Below are positions 27,658 through 32,000 of a stretch of 32,000 nt of DNA, piece by piece (positions within the stretch are counted from its first letter, which is position 1; every line of letters starts with the position of its first letter). Under the pieces are notes generated by a model. The model was not told the DNA's origin, did no database searches, and worked only from the letters and a program-made list of their open reading frames with translations. The stretch comes from Pseudomonadota bacterium. Lineage in GTDB: Bacteria > Pseudomonadota > Gammaproteobacteria > JAGOUN01. The stretch is from positions 17,738 to 49,737 of the forward strand of contig JAZKAS010000032.1 of NCBI GenBank assembly GCA_040389005.1, given 5' to 3'. A program made the translations under genes and the position numbers.

Positions 27658-29568
27658 ATGGAATCTCTCATGAATCGTTATCCTGCTAGCCAATATCACC
27701 GCAAAACTGCCCCAGAAAATAAAACTGAGTTTGATCTACTTTATGCACAATCAATTGAAGATCCGAAAGGGTTTTGGTCAGAACAAGCAGAAAAACTTGC
27801 TTGGTTTCGACCTTGGGATAGCGTGTTTGCAGGATCGTTTGAAACGGGTGATGTCACGTGGTTTCAAGGCGGCAAGCTCAATGTTTGTTTTAATTGTGTT
27901 GATCGACATTTAGAAAAACATGGCGATGAGATTGCATTTATGTGTGAAGACAATGAACCCACAGAATCGACGCAACTGACTTATCACGAACTCTATTTAG
28001 CGGTTTGCCAATTAGCGAATGCGTTAAAATCACGTGGCGTGAATAAAGGCGATCGCGTTTGTATTTATATGCCAATGATTGCAGAAAGCGTGATTGCGAT
28101 GTTGGCCTGCGCGCGAATTGGCGCGGTACATTCGGTAGTATTTGGTGGATTTTCTGCAGAAGCTTTAGCCAATCGAATTAATGATGCTGATTGTCGTTGC
28201 ATTATAACGGCAGAAGAAGCCATGCGCGGTGAAAAAAAGATTTTATTAAAAGCCAATGTTGATGAAGCGTTAAAACAGTGCCCAAAAGTTCACACGGTTT
28301 TAATTGTCAGACAAACAGAAAAAGGATTTCAATCGTGGAATGAAGACCGTGATTTTGATTATCATGCGTTTATTGCAGAACAATCAACACTTTGTCCATG
28401 CGAAGAAATGGACGCTGAAGATCCACTTTTTATTTTATATACTTCAGGCTCAACCGGAAAACCCAAAGGTATTTTACATACCACCGCGGGCTATTTGCTT
28501 TATTCAATGGTAACGTTTCAAACGGTATTTGATTATGTGCCGGGAGAAGTTTATTGGTGCACGGCGGATATCGGCTGGATCACCGGCCATTCCTATGTGG
28601 TTTATGGGCCATTAGCAAATCGCGCGACGAGTATTATTTTTGCAGGCGTTCCCAATTACCCTGATGCTTCACGCTATTGGCAAATAATCGATAAATATCA
28701 AGTTAATATTTTTTATACCGCGCCAACTGCTTTACGCTCGTTAATGGCCGCAGGCGATGAATTTTTACAAACGACGTGGCGAACAAGTTTGAGATGCTTG
28801 GGCAGCGTCGGCGAACCTATCAACCCTGAAGTGTGGGAATGGTACTTTCACAAAGTTGGAAAAGCAAAATGCCCGATCATGGATACCTGGTGGCAAACTG
28901 AAACCGGTGGATTTTTAATTACCCCGATTGCCGGCATTACTGATTTAAAACCCGGATCTGCGTCTCTGCCCTTTTATGGCATTCAACCCAAAATTATTGA
29001 AGGCGAACTTTATATTCAAGCCTCTTGGCCAGGACAAATGCGTGATATTTATAATGATCACGCGCGATTTATTTCAAATTATTTTTCTCAAGCAAAAAAT
29101 AATTATTGCACCGGCGATGGCGCGCATCTCGATGAAGATGGCTATTACTGGATTACGGGTCGCACGGATGATGTGATTAAAGTCTCGGGACATCGCATTG
29201 GTTCTGCGGAAGTGGAAAGCGCGCTCGTTGATGATCATCGTGTCGCTGAAGCCGCGGTTGTTGCCATTCCTCACGCTATTAAAGGCGAAAGTATTTATGC
29301 GTTTATCACATTAAAACAAAATCAAACAGAATCTGAAAATTTAAGCCACGAACTTAAAGAACACGTCAAACAAACCATTGGTTCATTCGCAGTTCCTGAA
29401 TTTATTCAATTCGCCAAAGATTTACCAAAGACACGCTCAGGAAAAATCATGCGGCGCTTGTTGCGAAAAATCGCGCAAGGCGACCTTAATAACCTGGGCG
29501 ATATTTCGACGTTGGCAGATTCAGAAGTGGTAAAAAATATTATTTCTAACTTTGCCAAGCGGACATAA
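27658..29568 (+). CDS. acs: Acetyl-CoA synthetase
   Basis: WFQGGKLNVCFNCVDRHL; VHSVVFGGFSAEALANRI; LYTSGSTGKPKGILHTTAGYLLY; WWQTETGGFLITP; GRTDDVIKVSGHRIGSAEVESALV; PKTRSGKIMRRLLRKI. Confidence 0.93.
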   Translation: MESLMNRYPASQYHRKTAPENKTEFDLLYAQSIEDPKGFWSEQAEKLAWFRPWDSVFAGSFETGDVTWFQGGKLNVCFNCVDRHLEKHGDEIAFMCEDNEPTESTQLTYHELYLAVCQLANALKSRGVNKGDRVCIYMPMIAESVIAMLACARIGAVHSVVFGGFSAEALANRINDADCRCIITAEEAMRGEKKILLKANVDEALKQCPKVHTVLIVRQTEKGFQSWNEDRDFDYHAFIAEQSTLCPCEEMDAEDPLFILYTSGSTGKPKGILHTTAGYLLYSMVTFQTVFDYVPGEVYWCTADIGWITGHSYVVYGPLANRATSIIFAGVPNYPDASRYWQIIDKYQVNIFYTAPTALRSLMAAGDEFLQTTWRTSLRCLGSVGEPINPEVWEWYFHKVGKAKCPIMDTWWQTETGGFLITPIAGITDLKPGSASLPFYGIQPKIIEGELYIQASWPGQMRDIYNDHARFISNYFSQAKNNYCTGDGAHLDEDGYYWITGRTDDVIKVSGHRIGSAEVESALVDDHRVAEAAVVAIPHAIKGESIYAFITLKQNQTESENLSHELKEHVKQTIGSFAVPEFIQFAKDLPKTRSGKIMRRLLRKIAQGDLNNLGDISTLADSEVVKNIISNFAKRT

Positions 29569-29977
29569 AAGTATTGGACGCACGCTGCTTATCAATGCTT
29601 TGAATGCTTTTATACGCTTCCTGAGCTTTAAAAAAATAGGATAAACTAGAAAAAAGGGGGTCCTCATTAGAAAAATATGCCTGCGGTTCATTATCACTTC
29701 TTAACAATCTCTGGCCGGTAGTATCTAAGCCAGACTCTAGATTATTAGAGCCCTCAAACACATCATCGAAATCAAGCAATAGCTCTGCTTTTCCTTCCAA
29801 AGAGGCATTGACCTGGCGAAGTTCTTCATTCAAAGTTCTTAAATCTGCACAACTAGACCGCGAACTCTTATATAAATACTCCTCCTCTAACGGAGAAAGA
29901 TCTATATTATCCAGGCTTTCTATATCAAAAAGCCCTTCATAAGATATTCTTTCATTATTACCTGACATACATAACAC
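29546..29977 (-). CDS. Hypothetical protein, 143 aa
   Basis: ORF only; 3' end overlaps the acs stop by 23 nt. Confidence 0.4.
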   Translation of the reverse strand: MLCMSGNNERISYEGLFDIESLDNIDLSPLEEEYLYKSSRSSCADLRTLNEELRQVNASLEGKAELLLDFDDVFEGSNNLESGLDTTGQRLLRSDNEPQAYFSNEDPLFSSLSYFFKAQEAYKSIQSIDKQRASNTFMSAWQS

Positions 29978-30029
29978 CTATTCTATTTTTATTTAATAGG
30001 AAATATAGTAAAAAATATCAGTTTTGCAA

Positions 30030-31403
30030 TTATTTATTTGTGGTTATTTTACGAAATCGATATAGCAACCAACCCAAACCAATAAATAATACTGGCCCTA
30101 AAACAAGCTCGGATTCATAAAACACAATATCGTGCATTGTTTTTAAGTCGCTGCTAGGTACAAAACTAACGATAATCCCTAACGCAATGGAAATGAGAAC
30201 ACCACTCGCCATGAAAACACCTAACGTTTTATTCATCTTCAAATGATGTAAAGAAAAAATGTAGGCTATGGCTAAATAAAAATACGGAATGAAGAATAAA
30301 ATCGTCGACATCAAAACCAACACTTGATACATCGCATTAATATTGGGCAACAAGCTTGTCACCATAATTACTATTGAAACCAGCACTCCTTGAAACAAGA
30401 TCGCATTAATAGGAGTTCCATCAGCATTTGATTTATGCATCCAATTTGGCAAAACGCCGCGTGGCGTACATTCAAAAAACATAATAATCGGTGCGAGCAA
30501 CCATACAATAATAGCAGCCAATTCAGCAACAGCTAATGCTGACGCAATGAGTCGACTCAACCAAGCCACATGAAACTTCACATCAACAATTTGAAATGCT
30601 TGAATAATTCCTGAAGTTTTGGAAAGCGTTTCCGGCGTTGCAAACACATTCATCATTAAAGTGCCGACGACGTATAAAACAAAAATTCCGGCTGAACCTC
30701 CAAGTAACCCTAAATATAAATCACGACGTGGATTTTTTACCCGATTCGAAAAGGTTGCAATGACTTCAACACCCGCCATGGCAAACATGATCATGGTCAG
30801 GGATGGCAAATTACTCGTCACGCCACCACCTGGAATAAATTGACTTGGACTAAAATCAGTTGCACTGCCCCATTTAAAATAGGCAATCACCCCAAATATT
30901 ATTAACAAAAGCATCGGGAAAAATAACCCTAATATTCCGCCAATGCCGACAAAATATTTACTGGCTTTTAAACCAAATGAACTAATCGCAACGATCAACC
31001 AAAAGCCAATTAACGCTGTCGTCATGATATATTTCGGATCCGTCGCAAGCTCAGGCCGCCCGATGGCAAACGCAAGATTACTCGCTAAAAAAATTAATAT
31101 CGCAGGATAATAAAAAATATTTGTCACCCAATATAACCACGCCACGGTAAACCCATGTTTATCACCTAAGGCATTACGCACCCAGGCATACATTCCGCCT
31201 GCATCGGGATACGCACGCGATAATTGCGCTGTAATAATGGATAGCGGTAAAAAGAATATCAACGCACCAAATAACCAAAGAAAAATCGATGAGGGTCCAA
31301 TGCCAGCAGCAACTGCAATCCAACGAATTCCAAAATTCGCTGTCATGGTCATAATAATTACATCGAAAACATTCAGTACTTTATTCGTTTTTGGCGTTAT
31401 CAT
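30030..31403 (-). CDS. APC-superfamily amino acid permease/antiporter
   Basis: Multiple TM segments; LSRAYPDAGGMYAWVRNALGDKHGFTVAWLYWVTNIFYYPAIL; GVEVIATFSNRVKNPRRDLYLGLL. Confidence 0.88.
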   Translation of the reverse strand: MITPKTNKVLNVFDVIIMTMTANFGIRWIAVAAGIGPSSIFLWLFGALIFFLPLSIITAQLSRAYPDAGGMYAWVRNALGDKHGFTVAWLYWVTNIFYYPAILIFLASNLAFAIGRPELATDPKYIMTTALIGFWLIVAISSFGLKASKYFVGIGGILGLFFPMLLLIIFGVIAYFKWGSATDFSPSQFIPGGGVTSNLPSLTMIMFAMAGVEVIATFSNRVKNPRRDLYLGLLGGSAGIFVLYVVGTLMMNVFATPETLSKTSGIIQAFQIVDVKFHVAWLSRLIASALAVAELAAIIVWLLAPIIMFFECTPRGVLPNWMHKSNADGTPINAILFQGVLVSIVIMVTSLLPNINAMYQVLVLMSTILFFIPYFYLAIAYIFSLHHLKMNKTLGVFMASGVLISIALGIIVSFVPSSDLKTMHDIVFYESELVLGPVLFIGLGWLLYRFRKITTNK

Positions 31404-32000
31404 CTTTTTCCATTCCTAAATCAACGGGGGTTTTGCTCTTACGATGCGGTGCTTCATAAACCAGCTTTGGCACCAAATAACCTGGCAAAGTCGCGATCAT
31501 ATCACGCATCAATTGAACAGCGATAGGTTTGTCAATATCAAAATGCGCAGCGCCAGAGACTTTATCCAATAAATGCAAATAATAAGGCAGAATACCGATA
31601 TCATATAAACGATAACTCAACTCCACTTGGGCGGATAAACTATCATTCACGTCTTTTAATAAAACGGCTTGGTTAAGTAATGTCACACCCGCTTCCTTGA
31701 GTTGCTGCATTGGTAATTCAAGTGAAGCATCCCATTCATTGGCATGATTACTGTGCAATACCATTGTTATACGAAAACGACTTGTTTTTAAAATTTTTAA
31801 TAAATTTTCTGTCACACGCGCAGGAATCACCACGGGCAATCGCGTATGAATTCGCAAATATTTTATTGACGAAATATTTTCTAAGCGTTGCATAAAATTT
31901 TCTAGTAGCGAATCATCCACCGAAAGAGGATCACCGCCACTTAAAATCACCTCTTTGACTTCAGGATGATTCATTAAATATTCGAAAACAGGCTCCCAAC
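31381..32000 (-). CDS. epmB: EF-P beta-lysylation protein EpmB, partial (N-terminus beyond right edge)
   Basis: VKEVILSGGDPLSVDD; YLRIHTRLPVVIPARVTENLL; VTLLNQAVLLKDVNDS; PYYLHLLDKVSGAAHF; GYLVPKLV. The frame stays open upstream of the tracked ATG (31974) to 32000. Confidence 0.88.
   Translation of the reverse strand, partial: WEPVFEYLMNHPEVKEVILSGGDPLSVDDSLLENFMQRLENISSIKYLRIHTRLPVVIPARVTENLLKILKTSRFRITMVLHSNHANEWDASLELPMQQLKEAGVTLLNQAVLLKDVNDSLSAQVELSYRLYDIGILPYYLHLLDKVSGAAHFDIDKPIAVQLMRDMIATLPGYLVPKLVYEAPHRKSKTPVDLGMEKDDNAKNE

Overview
Gammaproteobacterial chromosome segment, probably Legionellales/Coxiella-like (inferred from gene content only). Three zones are visible.

(1) ~1-9.1 kb: poorly annotatable genes with few recognisable domains. 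They include a left-edge partial CDS on the minus strand that the ORF track omits, a probably frameshifted large gene, an outer-membrane beta-barrel protein and a HEAT-like repeat protein.

(2) ~9.1-20.1 kb: a P4-type integrative element next to the 3' end of tmRNA (ssrA). It carries an Arm-DNA-binding/DUF4102 tyrosine integrase, an AlpA-like regulator, a PriCT-2/TOPRIM/ATPase replication protein and a DUF5681 protein. Its accessory cargo is a ~985 aa protein combining a restriction-endonuclease-like domain, an SF2 helicase and five exact 198-bp repeat units of the 'phage-integrase repeat' (INT_rpt) type, divergent from an XRE regulator, plus a two-gene DUF3800-like/Cys-rich membrane protein operon.

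(3) 20.1-32 kb: conserved core genes (ssrA, PHP/rnm, yciB, bolA-like, aroC, prmB, smr, udk, tRNA-Asn, acs, an APC permease, epmB) interrupted by a TraB/TIKI-like hypothetical and a truncated KilA-N remnant.

The best candidate for a new system is the nuclease-helicase-repeat protein with its divergent XRE gene and paired palindromes. Family names come from recognising sequence motifs; no database search was run.
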